From assembly GCA_013911835.1 (NCBI GenBank), contig JACESM010000001.1:1-55131 (forward strand): 55,131 nt of DNA. The letters are read 5' to 3'. A program made the position numbers and the translations under genes. Each line of letters opens with the position of its first letter. The stretch's first letter is position 1. Source of the stretch: Porphyrobacter sp. GTDB taxonomy: Bacteria; Pseudomonadota; Alphaproteobacteria; Sphingomonadales; Sphingomonadaceae. Positions 41,075 through 50,546 of the stretch are shown here, piece by piece. The notes below the pieces were generated by a model. That model was not told the DNA's origin, did not search any database, and saw only the letters and a list, made by a program, of their open reading frames with translations.

Positions 41075-41535
41075 CCGAGGCGCGCGAGGCTCTCCCCGAT
41101 CTGGCGGCAATGGCGGCTTACGGCGCGCGCATCGCCGCGCAGCTTCGCGCTGGCGATGTGGTGGCGTTGGAAGGCGGGCTGGGCGCGGGGAAGACCACGC
41201 TCGCCCGCGCGATCCTTGCTGCGCTGGGCCACGCTGGCGAGGTGCCTTCGCCGACCTTCACCATCATCGAAACCTACGCCGCGCCGCCCCTGCGCGTGGC
41301 CGTGGTGCATGCCGATTTCTTCCGGCTCGAAGACCCTTCCGAACTCGCTGAAATCGGGCTCGACGATTACCGCGAGGACGCGGTGTTGCTGGCCGAATGG
41401 CCCGATCACGCGGGCGGATTCTCCCGCGAGCCGGGGTGCCTTGCGATCACGCTCTACCCGCAAGGAGAAAGCGGGGAAGGCGGGCGGATTGCGATTGCCC
41501 GCGGCGGGGCGGATTGGGTAGGGCGGATGCCATGA
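41071..41535 (+). CDS. tsaE: t6A biosynthesis ATPase TsaE
   Basis: GGLGAGKTT, VPSPTF, HADFFRL, AEWP. Confidence 0.93.
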   Translation: MTEAREALPDLAAMAAYGARIAAQLRAGDVVALEGGLGAGKTTLARAILAALGHAGEVPSPTFTIIETYAAPPLRVAVVHADFFRLEDPSELAEIGLDDYREDAVLLAEWPDHAGGFSREPGCLAITLYPQGESGEGGRIAIARGGADWVGRMP

Positions 41536-42518
41536 ACGCGCTTCCTGAAGGCCTCGCCGAATTCGTTTCCAACGCCGGATGGGCCGACGCGCGGGTCGAG
41601 CCGCTGCCTGGCGACGCCTCGTTCCGGCGCTATTTCCGCCTCGCGCGCGCTGGTGAAACTGCAATGCTCATGCACGCACCCCCGCCGCACGAGGACCCGG
41701 CGCCCTTCCTCCATGTCGCGCATTGGCTGAATGACAACGGCATGCGCGCGCCCGCGATCCTTGCCGAGGATGCGGTGGCTGGTTGGGTGCTGACCGAGGA
41801 TTTCGGCAATGACCGGATGCGCGACTGGCTCGACCTGAACCCGGGCGAGGAGCGCGCGGCTTACGAAGCGGCGGTCGATGCGCTCGCCGCGCTCCACCGC
41901 CTGCCGCCGGGGCCTTTCGCGCCCTATGACATGGCGGTCTACCAGCGCGAGGCGGCATTGCTGCCCGAGTGGTGGTGCCCTGCGCAGGGCCTCACCGTCG
42001 ATGCAGCAGGCTACACCGCAGCATGGGACGCGGTGCTCTCCCCCGTGCTGGCGCGCCAGACCCCGGGTGTAACCGTGCTGCGTGACTATCATGCCGAGAA
42101 CATCATGCTGCTGGGCGGCAAGGCGACCGCGCCGCAGGGGCTCATTGACTTTCAGGACGCGCTCGTCGGCCACCCCGCCTATGATCTCGTCTCGCTGCTT
42201 CAGGACGCGCGGCGCGATGTCGATGTGCATCTCGAGACCGCGATGCTGCTGCACTATTCGCAGGCCATTGGCGGGGCTGATGACGATTTTCTGGCGGACT
42301 ACGCAACGCTCGGTGCGCAGCGCAATGCCAAGATTGTGGGCATCTTCACCCGCCTCAACGCCCGCGACGGCAAGCCGCGCTATCTCACCATGATCCCGCG
42401 CGTATGGGCGGCGTTGGAGCGCGATCTCGCGCACCCCGCGCTGGAGCCGGTTGCAGCGTGGTTCGATGCGAACATCCCCGAGGAAATCCGCGCCGCCAAC
42501 GGAGCTATCGCCGCGTGA
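41532..42518 (+). CDS. amgK: Anomeric MurNAc/GlcNAc kinase (APH fold)
   Basis: GDASFRRYFR, RDYHAENIM, IDFQDA, YDLVSLLQDAR; adjacent to murU. Confidence 0.8.
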   Translation: MNALPEGLAEFVSNAGWADARVEPLPGDASFRRYFRLARAGETAMLMHAPPPHEDPAPFLHVAHWLNDNGMRAPAILAEDAVAGWVLTEDFGNDRMRDWLDLNPGEERAAYEAAVDALAALHRLPPGPFAPYDMAVYQREAALLPEWWCPAQGLTVDAAGYTAAWDAVLSPVLARQTPGVTVLRDYHAENIMLLGGKATAPQGLIDFQDALVGHPAYDLVSLLQDARRDVDVHLETAMLLHYSQAIGGADDDFLADYATLGAQRNAKIVGIFTRLNARDGKPRYLTMIPRVWAALERDLAHPALEPVAAWFDANIPEEIRAANGAIAA

Positions 42519-43231
42519 CCAAGCTCGCCTCCGACACCGCCATGATCCTCGCCGCCGGCCTCGGCAAGCGGATGCGGCCGCTCACCGCGAGCCAGCCCAA
42601 GCCGCTGGTGCGGGTGGCAGGCAAGGCGCTGATCGATCACGCGCTGGATCGTCTGGCCGAGGCGGGCGTGGCGCGCGCGGTGGTCAATGTCCACTACCTC
42701 GCCGACGCGCTCGAAGCCCATGTGCTCGCGCGCCAGACCCCCAAGGCAAGCGTGTCGGACGAGCGCGCGCTGCTGCTCGAGACCGGGGGCGGGATGCTGA
42801 AGGCCCTGCCACAGCTGCCCGATCCCTTCTTCGCGCTGAACGCCGACAACATCTGGCTCGACGGCCCCAAGAGCGCCTTCCACGATCTGTCGCGCCGCTG
42901 GGACCCGGAGGCGATGGACGCGTTGCTGCTGGTCGTCCCTCATGCGAGGGCGATGAATTTTGCGGGGCCGGGTGACTTTCACATGGACCCGCTGGGCCGC
43001 CTCTCGCGCCGCCGCCCCGGGCGGATCGCGCCCTTCATCTACACGGGTATCCAGCTCGTCTCCCACCGCCTGCTGCGCGATGCGCCCGAGGGGCCGTTCG
43101 GCACGATGACCCTGTGGGAGCGCGCCATCGCCGAGGGAAGGCTCTATGGCCTCAGCTTCACCGGGCTGTGGTTCGAGGTCGGCACCCCGCAGGCGATCCG
43201 CCCGACCGAGGAGGCGCTGGCGGGTGGCTGA
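42515..43231 (+). CDS. murU: MurNAc-1-P uridylyltransferase-like nucleotidyltransferase
   Basis: MILAAGLGKRMRPLT, PKPLV, LETGGG; GTGA coupling. Confidence 0.8.
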   Translation: MTKLASDTAMILAAGLGKRMRPLTASQPKPLVRVAGKALIDHALDRLAEAGVARAVVNVHYLADALEAHVLARQTPKASVSDERALLLETGGGMLKALPQLPDPFFALNADNIWLDGPKSAFHDLSRRWDPEAMDALLLVVPHARAMNFAGPGDFHMDPLGRLSRRRPGRIAPFIYTGIQLVSHRLLRDAPEGPFGTMTLWERAIAEGRLYGLSFTGLWFEVGTPQAIRPTEEALAGG

Positions 43232-46200
43232 GCCCCGGAAGCCTGGTCCGCTCGTCTATTCGATCGCTGCGCATCGCGGATTTGCGGATGCGCTCGTTGC
43301 CGGGCTGGTGCCGCGCTACCGCGAGGAGGGCTTCGGCCTTGCGCGCCTGACCCTGCTGGTGCCGAGCAGTCGCGCCGCGCGCACCCTCAGCGAGGCCTTC
43401 ATCCGCCACGCGGGCGAGAGCGGCGAGGGCGGCCTGCTGATGCCGCGCATGATCGCGGTGGGCGACCTCGATCTCGACGAGAAATTGGGCGCAGGCCTCG
43501 ATCCGCTCGGCGCATCCGACATCCCGCCTGCCTGCGATCCGGTGCGGCGCTGGCTGAGCCTCGACCGTCTGATCGCCGAGGAACGCGCGGGCGAGGGCAT
43601 GACACCGCTCCCCGGCCGCGCCCGCCTGAACCTCGCGCGCGAGATGGCGCGGACGATGGACCGGCTGCTGGTCGAGGAGAAGGAGGTCACTGATCTGCTG
43701 GCCGCTGAGGTGCTCGACCGGATGGGTGAACTCGCGACCCATTGGCAGCGTTCGATCCACCTGTTCGGGCGCGTCAATCTTCGCTGGCAGATGGAGCTGC
43801 TCGCGCGCGGCGAGGTCGACGCCGCCACCCGCCGCAACATGCTGTTCGATCACGCCGCCAAGCGCTGGCGCGAGACTCCCCCGCCGCATCCGATCATCGC
43901 CGCCGGTGTCACCAGCGCCTCGCCCGCGCTGGCGCGGCTGCTCAGGGTTGTTGCGGGCTTGCCGCAAGGCGTGGTGGTGCTCCCCGATCTCGACTTGGCA
44001 ATGGACGCCGCTGCCTGGGACGAACTCGGCCTTGCCGGCGCTTCGAAGGAGCCGGGCGGCCCGGTCTTCGGCGCGGACGACGCGGTCACCCACCCGCAAT
44101 ATCACCTGAAGCTCCTGCTCAATCGGATGGGGGTGAACCGGGAGGAAGTGCAGCCCTGGCACCGCCGCGGGATCGCGGCGGCCGACCCGGCGCGCAGCCG
44201 CGCGATCTCGGCGCTGTTCCTGCCCCCGCAGGCGAGCCGCTCATGGAGCACGCTCGAGCCGAAGGATCGGCGGCTTGACGGGGTGCGCCTGCTCGCCAGC
44301 GCCACCATCGAGGAAGAGGCACAGGCCATCGCCCTGCTGGTGCGCCAGCAGCTCGAGGTGCCGGAAAAGCGCATCGCCGTCGTCGCGGCCGATCGCGGCT
44401 TGGCGCGCCGCGTCGCGCAGCATCTCGAGCGCTGGCATATCGCCGCAGACGATTCCGCCGGTCGCCCGCTGGCTTTGACGCCCGCCGGGCGCTTGTTCGG
44501 GCTGCTTGCGGAGATCGCCGCCAATGGTCCGGATCCCGCCAACCTCGTCGCGGCTTTTGGTCACCCATTGGTGCACAGCTGGGACGGCCTTGCGCGCGGC
44601 GATTGGCTCAAGGGCCTGCGTGCCTTTGACCGCCAGCTGCGCGGGCCTTCACCTGCGCCCGGCATGGAACCGCTGCGCGCGGCGGCGGCCAAGGCGAAGA
44701 TCGCCGAATGGTGGGACGAGGCCGAAGCACTTGTCGCCCCGCTCGCCGACTGGCCGCAGGAGATTGCACTCGCCGAGGCCTTGTCGCGCCTGTCCGCCGC
44801 GGCAGAAAGCTTCGCCCAAGCCGCGATCTGGGAGCGCGAGGATGGCCGCGCGCTCGGCCAGCTGGTCGAGGAATTGCGCGGGCAATCCGAGGCGCTCGGC
44901 ACGGTGATCGAGACCGCCGATCTCGCCGGCGTGCTGCGCGACGCGATGGAGGCGGTTGCGGTGCGCCCAGGTTATGGCGGCCACCCGCGCGTCGCCATCT
45001 ACGGCCTGCTTGAGGCCCGCATGGCGCGCGCCGATCTGGTAATTTGCGGGGGTCTCAACGAAGGCTCGTGGCCGCAGCCCCCCGGCGCCGACGAGCTGCT
45101 CGCGCCCGCGGTGCTGCGCGCGCTGGGCGTGCCGGGGGCGGAGTTCCGGATCGGGCTTGCCGCGCATGACCTTGCGGGCGCAATGGGCGCGCCTGAGGTG
45201 GTGCTTTCGCGGAGCCTTCGCGATGCCGAGGGGCCGACGCTGCCCTCCCGCTTCCTGCTGCGGGTCGAGGCCTTGCTGGGCGATGACCTCGACAAGGAGC
45301 ACCGCGAGCGTGCGATCCCCGCGATCCTGCCGCATCTCGACCGCCAGCGTCCGGCGACCGAACCCTATCCCCGCCCCGAGCCCGATCCCGCAGCCCATTT
45401 GCGCGACGTGCCGATCAAGGTGACCGCGCTCGACCGGCTGCTGGGCGATCCCTACCAGTTCTATGCGCAGGCGATCCTCGACCTGCGGCGGCTCGATCCC
45501 CTGGCGGCCGATCCCTTCAGCGATCCGGCGCTTCGGGGCACGCTGGTGCACGAGATCCTCGATGGTTGGCACAAGGCCCGGGCGAGCCAGCCCGGTCTCG
45601 CGCTCGCGCCCTATGCGGCGGCCTATTTCCGCGAGCAGCGCGTCCACCCGCTGTTCCGCGCGCTGTGGCAGCCGCGCCTGATCGCGGCGCTCGAGCGCTT
45701 CGAGGGATGGATCGAAGCGGACGCTTCCGAAAAGGGCCGCACCGTGCTCGCCACCGAGATTTCGGGGGAGATGGAGGTGGACGGGGTGAAGGTGCAGGGC
45801 CGCGCCGACCGGATCGACCGGTTGGCTGATGGAAGCCTCGGAATCGTTGACTACAAGACCGGGCGCGTTCCCACCAAGGACGAGGTCAAGGCCGGCTTTG
45901 CTCTGCAACTCGGCCTGCTGGGTCTGATCGCCGAGCAAGGGCGATTTGCGGACAAGGACACGGGCAAGGTCGTGCAGGGCGGGGCGAGTGACTTCGAATA
46001 CTGGTCCTTCAACAAGGACGATGGCAGCTTCGGCAAGCGCGAAACGCCAATGAAGGTGGGGCAGGCCAAGAAGGGCCTCACGCCCGAAGAATTCCTCCCA
46101 CACCATGTCGCAAAGCTGCAACTCGCGATCCACGAATACATCAAGGGCCGTGCGCCGTTTCGGGCGCGCGAAAACCCCGATTACAAGGGCTACACCGATT

Positions 46201-46265
46201 ACGATCAACTGATGCGCCTTGAAGAATGGCTGGTGCGCCTCACTGAAGCCGGGGCCAAGTCATGA
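43224..46265 (+). CDS. addB: Double-strand break repair protein AddB
   Basis: DDSAGRPL, IYGLLEAR, GLNEGSWP, DPYQFYA, GRADRID..IVDYKTG nuclease motif. Confidence 0.92.
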   Translation: MAEPRKPGPLVYSIAAHRGFADALVAGLVPRYREEGFGLARLTLLVPSSRAARTLSEAFIRHAGESGEGGLLMPRMIAVGDLDLDEKLGAGLDPLGASDIPPACDPVRRWLSLDRLIAEERAGEGMTPLPGRARLNLAREMARTMDRLLVEEKEVTDLLAAEVLDRMGELATHWQRSIHLFGRVNLRWQMELLARGEVDAATRRNMLFDHAAKRWRETPPPHPIIAAGVTSASPALARLLRVVAGLPQGVVVLPDLDLAMDAAAWDELGLAGASKEPGGPVFGADDAVTHPQYHLKLLLNRMGVNREEVQPWHRRGIAAADPARSRAISALFLPPQASRSWSTLEPKDRRLDGVRLLASATIEEEAQAIALLVRQQLEVPEKRIAVVAADRGLARRVAQHLERWHIAADDSAGRPLALTPAGRLFGLLAEIAANGPDPANLVAAFGHPLVHSWDGLARGDWLKGLRAFDRQLRGPSPAPGMEPLRAAAAKAKIAEWWDEAEALVAPLADWPQEIALAEALSRLSAAAESFAQAAIWEREDGRALGQLVEELRGQSEALGTVIETADLAGVLRDAMEAVAVRPGYGGHPRVAIYGLLEARMARADLVICGGLNEGSWPQPPGADELLAPAVLRALGVPGAEFRIGLAAHDLAGAMGAPEVVLSRSLRDAEGPTLPSRFLLRVEALLGDDLDKEHRERAIPAILPHLDRQRPATEPYPRPEPDPAAHLRDVPIKVTALDRLLGDPYQFYAQAILDLRRLDPLAADPFSDPALRGTLVHEILDGWHKARASQPGLALAPYAAAYFREQRVHPLFRALWQPRLIAALERFEGWIEADASEKGRTVLATEISGEMEVDGVKVQGRADRIDRLADGSLGIVDYKTGRVPTKDEVKAGFALQLGLLGLIAEQGRFADKDTGKVVQGGASDFEYWSFNKDDGSFGKRETPMKVGQAKKGLTPEEFLPHHVAKLQLAIHEYIKGRAPFRARENPDYKGYTDYDQLMRLEEWLVRLTEAGAKS

Positions 46266-49200
46266 GCGGCGGGAACGGCCTCGTCTTTCCCTTGCAGGAC
46301 AACCAGCTCCTTGCGGCGGACCCCGAGGACAATGTCTGGCTCTCGGCCTCGGCCGGGACGGGAAAGACGCAGGTGCTCTCTGCGCGCGTGCTGCGGCTGC
46401 TCCTTCGGGAGGATGTAAGTCCGTCGCAGATCCTGTGCCTCACCTTCACCAAGGCGGGCGCGGCCGAGATGGCGAACCGCATCAACGCGGTGCTCGCGCG
46501 CTGGGTGCGGCTCGATGCCGGGACGCTCGGCAAGGAGCTGAAGCATCTCGGCGCGGATTTCAGCCCGGCCACGCAGGAGCGCGCCCGCACGCTCTTCGCC
46601 AGCGTGCTCGATTGCCCGGGCGGGGGCCTCCGGATCGACACCATCCATGCCTTTGCGCAGTTCCTGATCGGCAACTTCCCCGAGGAAGCCGACCTCGCGC
46701 CGGGAACGCGGGTGATGGACGATCGCAGCCGCGAATTGCTCGCACGCGAGGTGTTGACCGACCTGTTCGAGGAGGCCGAGCGGGCGCATGACGTGCGCAT
46801 TCTCGACGGGCTGGAAACCTTCACCACCCGCAAGGACCCGGCGGCCCTGCACAAGTGGCTGATGCGCGCGGCCGATGCCCACGAGGTGTGGGACGGGCCG
46901 GGCAGCTGGCAATCGCCGATGGGGCCGCAGGTGCGGCAGACGCTCGGGATCCCTGCGGATGCGGATGAGGCGTGGGCGTGGGAGATCCTCGATCCCGATC
47001 TCTTCCCTGACGATGTGCTTGTGTCGCTGCTGCCTGCGCTTGACGGGTGGAAGGGTGCCAAGACCGGGAAGGAGACCGCGGCCTTCATCCGCGAGTGGAT
47101 CAATCTCGGCCTCGCCGACCGCATTGCCGCCGTCTCGCGGTTCTATGACACCGTGCTCAAGAAGGACGGGACGCCGCGCAAGATGGACGGGGCGGCCAAG
47201 CTCGATCCCCTGTTCCCCGGCCATCAGAACAACATCGCCGAGGCTTTGACCGAATACGAAACCCGCCGCGCCTTGCTCGCCACCGCCGAAATCGTCACCT
47301 CCGCGCTCGAGATCGGCCGCGCCTTCGCGGTGCGCTGGGAGGCGAGGAAGGCGCGTGAAGGCCTGCTCGACTTCGGCGATCTGATCCGTAAGGCGGCCGA
47401 CCTGCTCGGCAAATCCGACGCCGCCGACTGGATCCGCTACAAGCTCGATCGCCACTTCGACCACATCCTGATCGACGAGGCGCAGGACACCAATCGCAGC
47501 CAATGGGACATCGTCGAAGCACTGATCGACGACTTCTTCACCGGCGAGGGCGCGCGCGGGGACAAGCTGCGCACGATCTTCACCGTGGGCGACTACAAGC
47601 AGGCGATCTTCGGTTTCCAGGGCACCAGCCCTGAAAACTTCGCCCGCGCCAAGGAGCGCATATTCGCCCGCATCGACGCGGCGCGCACCGGCATCCGCCA
47701 GAGCCGCACCAACCGCCGCGAGCCCGGCTGGCAGGACCTCGACCTCGGTAAATCCTATCGTACCGCACAGATCGTGCTGGGCTTCGTCAACCGCGTGATC
47801 GGGATGCTCGGGTTCGCCGAGTTCGGGCTCGACAAGGCGCCGCCTGACCATAAGGGTGCCGAACGACCCGGTCTTGTGACCCTGTGGCCGCCAGTCGCGC
47901 CCGACAAGGCCGAGGCCGTCGAGGAGGAAGACGACAGCGATGATGGCGGGCAGGACTGGCTGCCCAAGCACGACACGCTGCTCGCCCAGAACATCGCCGA
48001 TCAGGTGGCGCGCTGGGTTGGCGGGCCTGAGCCCTTCGTGCTCGCCAAGGGCACCCGCCGCCATGCCACGGCGGGCGACATCATGGTGCTGGTGCGCCAG
48101 CGCAAGGAGCTTGCCGCGCAGATCGTTGCCAAGCTGCATGCGCGGGGGGTGCCGGTGGCGGGCGTCGACCGGCTGCGGCTGGGGGCGCCGCTGGCGGTGA
48201 AGGACGTGCTGGCGGCCTTGCGCTTCGCCGCGCAGCCGCAGGACGACCTGTCGCTGGCGAATCTGTTGGCGTCGCCGCTCATCGGCTGGACGCAGGACGA
48301 CCTCCTCGACCATGTCCCGCGCCTGCCGAAGCAGCGCCTGTGGGACCACCTCAAGCGCGACGATGCCCCCGCCTTCGCCACCGCGACCGCCGAGCGCCTC
48401 AAGGAGCTGCTGCGCCGCGCCGACTACCACACGCCGCAGGCCCTGATCGCCTGGCTGCTGACCGGCCCGTGGCAGGGCCGCGCCAAGCTCGTCGCGCGGC
48501 TCGGGGCCGAGGCCAACGACCCGCTCGACGAGCTCCTCAATGCCGCCTTTGCCTACGAGGCCGAGCATTGGCCGAGCCTTGCGGGCTTCATCGCCTGGTT
48601 CGACGCCGGGACCGGCGACCTGAAGCGCGACTCCGACAGCGCCAGCGGGCAGGTCAGGGTGATGACCGTCCACGGCTCCAAGGGCTTGCAGGCCCCGATC
48701 GTCATCCTCGCCGACGCCACCGGTGCGCCGGGCGAGGCGGGGGATCTGGAGCTTGAGGACGACCCGCTCGCCCACAAGCCCGACCGCAAGCGCCTCGTCC
48801 CGCTCCCACCGCTCGGAAAGGACGAGCGGAAGGGACGCATCGCCGATGCCGAGGCCGCCAAGGCCACCGCGGTGATGCAGGAGCACTGGCGCCTGCTCTA
48901 CGTCGCCATGACCCGCGCCGAAGAGGCGCTGTTCATCGGCGGATCGCTGAACAAGACCGAAGCGAAGAAGGGCGTGCCGCACGACGACAGCTGGTACGCC
49001 CGGCTCAAGCCCCTCTTCGAGGAAGCACCCATCGAAGACCCCATCTGGGGCACCCGCCAGGAGTGGGGCGAACGCGCCGCGCCGCTGGTGCCCGATGACG
49101 CTGCCCAAGCGCAGACCGCCGACGACATCGCTCTCCCGCACTGGGCCACCACCCCCGTCGGCGAGGAGCCGCGCCCGCCGCGCCCGCTCGCGCCGTCAGC

Positions 49201-49792
49201 CGCGGGCGAGGAGGCGGGCGCCGCTCCGCCGCAGGACCCCGAGGCAGGGCGCCATGCCGCACGGCGCGGGAGCCTGATCCACGCCCTGCTCGAACGCCTG
49301 CCCGACGTTCCTGCCGAGGCTCGCGCCGCCGCCGCGCAGGGCTGGCTCGCGCGGCAGGCCGCCGACCTTCCCGAAGCGATGCGTGCCGAGATGCTTGCCG
49401 CCGCCATCGCGGTGCTGGATCACCCCGGCTTCGCCCCGATCTTTTCGTCCCAGGCGCTTGCCGAGGTGCCGCTTGCCGCCACCGTCGACGGCGTGGTTGT
49501 CGCAGGCACCGCCGACCGTCTGCTGATCGAGCCTGCCCGCATCACCGTGGTCGACTTCAAGACCACCCGCCGCCCGCCCGCCAGCGTTGCCGACATTCCG
49601 GTCGCAACCCTCAGGCAGATGGCGGCTTACGTGGCCGCGCTCGAAGCCATCTATCCGGGGCGCGAGGTGCGCGCGGGCGTGCTGTACACCCACACCCCGG
49701 CGCTGTTCGACCTGCCGCCCGAAACCCTCGGGTTACACAAGAACGCCTTGCAGGCCCCGCAGCAATCCTTGCCGCTGCCCGATATTGAGTGA
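46262..49792 (+). CDS. addA: Double-strand break repair helicase/nuclease AddA
   Basis: SASAGTGKT, IDEAQDT, VGDYKQAIF, TVHGSKGLQ, LYVAMTRA, DFKT. Confidence 0.95.
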   Translation: MSGGNGLVFPLQDNQLLAADPEDNVWLSASAGTGKTQVLSARVLRLLLREDVSPSQILCLTFTKAGAAEMANRINAVLARWVRLDAGTLGKELKHLGADFSPATQERARTLFASVLDCPGGGLRIDTIHAFAQFLIGNFPEEADLAPGTRVMDDRSRELLAREVLTDLFEEAERAHDVRILDGLETFTTRKDPAALHKWLMRAADAHEVWDGPGSWQSPMGPQVRQTLGIPADADEAWAWEILDPDLFPDDVLVSLLPALDGWKGAKTGKETAAFIREWINLGLADRIAAVSRFYDTVLKKDGTPRKMDGAAKLDPLFPGHQNNIAEALTEYETRRALLATAEIVTSALEIGRAFAVRWEARKAREGLLDFGDLIRKAADLLGKSDAADWIRYKLDRHFDHILIDEAQDTNRSQWDIVEALIDDFFTGEGARGDKLRTIFTVGDYKQAIFGFQGTSPENFARAKERIFARIDAARTGIRQSRTNRREPGWQDLDLGKSYRTAQIVLGFVNRVIGMLGFAEFGLDKAPPDHKGAERPGLVTLWPPVAPDKAEAVEEEDDSDDGGQDWLPKHDTLLAQNIADQVARWVGGPEPFVLAKGTRRHATAGDIMVLVRQRKELAAQIVAKLHARGVPVAGVDRLRLGAPLAVKDVLAALRFAAQPQDDLSLANLLASPLIGWTQDDLLDHVPRLPKQRLWDHLKRDDAPAFATATAERLKELLRRADYHTPQALIAWLLTGPWQGRAKLVARLGAEANDPLDELLNAAFAYEAEHWPSLAGFIAWFDAGTGDLKRDSDSASGQVRVMTVHGSKGLQAPIVILADATGAPGEAGDLELEDDPLAHKPDRKRLVPLPPLGKDERKGRIADAEAAKATAVMQEHWRLLYVAMTRAEEALFIGGSLNKTEAKKGVPHDDSWYARLKPLFEEAPIEDPIWGTRQEWGERAAPLVPDDAAQAQTADDIALPHWATTPVGEEPRPPRPLAPSAAGEEAGAAPPQDPEAGRHAARRGSLIHALLERLPDVPAEARAAAAQGWLARQAADLPEAMRAEMLAAAIAVLDHPGFAPIFSSQALAEVPLAATVDGVVVAGTADRLLIEPARITVVDFKTTRRPPASVADIPVATLRQMAAYVAALEAIYPGREVRAGVLYTHTPALFDLPPETLGLHKNALQAPQQSLPLPDIE

Positions 49793-49861
49793 AAAGAGCC
49801 AAGCACTAGATTGCATTCACGTGACCGGCGCTCCTATGCTCCGGCCAAAGGAGACACGATA

Positions 49862-50182
49862 ATGGCGACCGTCAATGTGACCGATGCAAGCTTCGAGGCC
49901 GATGTCCTCGGCAGTGATACCCCCGTGCTGGTGGACTTCTGGGCCGACTGGTGCGGCCCCTGCAAGATGATCGCCCCCGCATTGGAGGAGATCAGCGAGG
50001 AGCTCTCCGGGCAGGTCAAGATCGCCAAGATCGACATCATGGAGAACACCGACATCGCCGCGCAGATGGGTGTCCAGTCGATCCCGCTGATGCTGCTGTT
50101 CAAGAACGGCGAAGTGGTGGCGAGGAAGCTGGGCGCTGCCCCCAAGAGCCAGCTCAAGGCGTGGCTCGAAAGCGAGCTTTGA
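49862..50182 (+). CDS. trxA: Thioredoxin
   Basis: [11 protein letters not shown]. Confidence 0.96.
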   Translation: MATVNVTDASFEADVLGSDTPVLVDFWADWCGPCKMIAPALEEISEELSGQVKIAKIDIMENTDIAAQMGVQSIPLMLLFKNGEVVARKLGAAPKSQLKAWLESEL

Positions 50183-50188
50183 GATCAT

Positions 50189-50218
50189 GGGGCGCGCGGC
50201 TGCGCGCGCGCCCCTTTC
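50189..50218. terminator. Hairpin between trxA and the convergent SEC-C gene
   Basis: GGGGCGCGCG-loop-CGCGCGCCCC-TTT. Confidence 0.6.
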
Positions 50219-50223
50219 TCTGC

Positions 50224-50472
50224 CTATCGCCAGTAATCATGCCGCTCGGCACCATCGAAACCGGCCTGATGCGAGGCAGCATTTTCTGAAAGCACTTGCC
50301 CGAACCGCAGGGGCAAGGATCCTTCCGGCCGAGTTTCTCGACCAGCTCCTTGTCGCCGTGAACAAAGCGCAATCCGCGCTTCACATTGGTTTCGCTGGGA
50401 TAGCCCTTACGCCGCTTGGACGTCTGCTCGAAAGCAGGGCAGATCGGTGAGGTCGGTGGTCTTGCGAGCCAT
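50224..50472 (-). CDS. SEC-C zinc-binding protein needing three +1 frameshifts at TTT-C
   Basis: AGGAGG SD, ATG 50472. Skipping one nt at each TTT-C (50433-50430, 50291-50288, 50260-50257) gives [81 protein letters not shown]. Confidence 0.75.
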
Positions 50473-50546
50473 GAGTGCCTCCTGTCGTTGCCGCTCCGGG
50501 AATGGAGCCTGCGCGCCGTAGCAGTGACAATGCGAGCGGAAAAGCC

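Noticed and set aside
46205-49141. Long antisense ORFs (also 941-2590, 19286-21406, 38582-41110, 53054-55045)
   Set aside because: Shadow frames of well-supported genes, expected at high GC.
50154-50384. 76-aa ORF taken as the complete SEC-C gene
   Set aside because: No obvious SD, the motif lacks its last two Cys and the tail runs antisense into trxA; better explained as the middle segment of the frameshifted gene.
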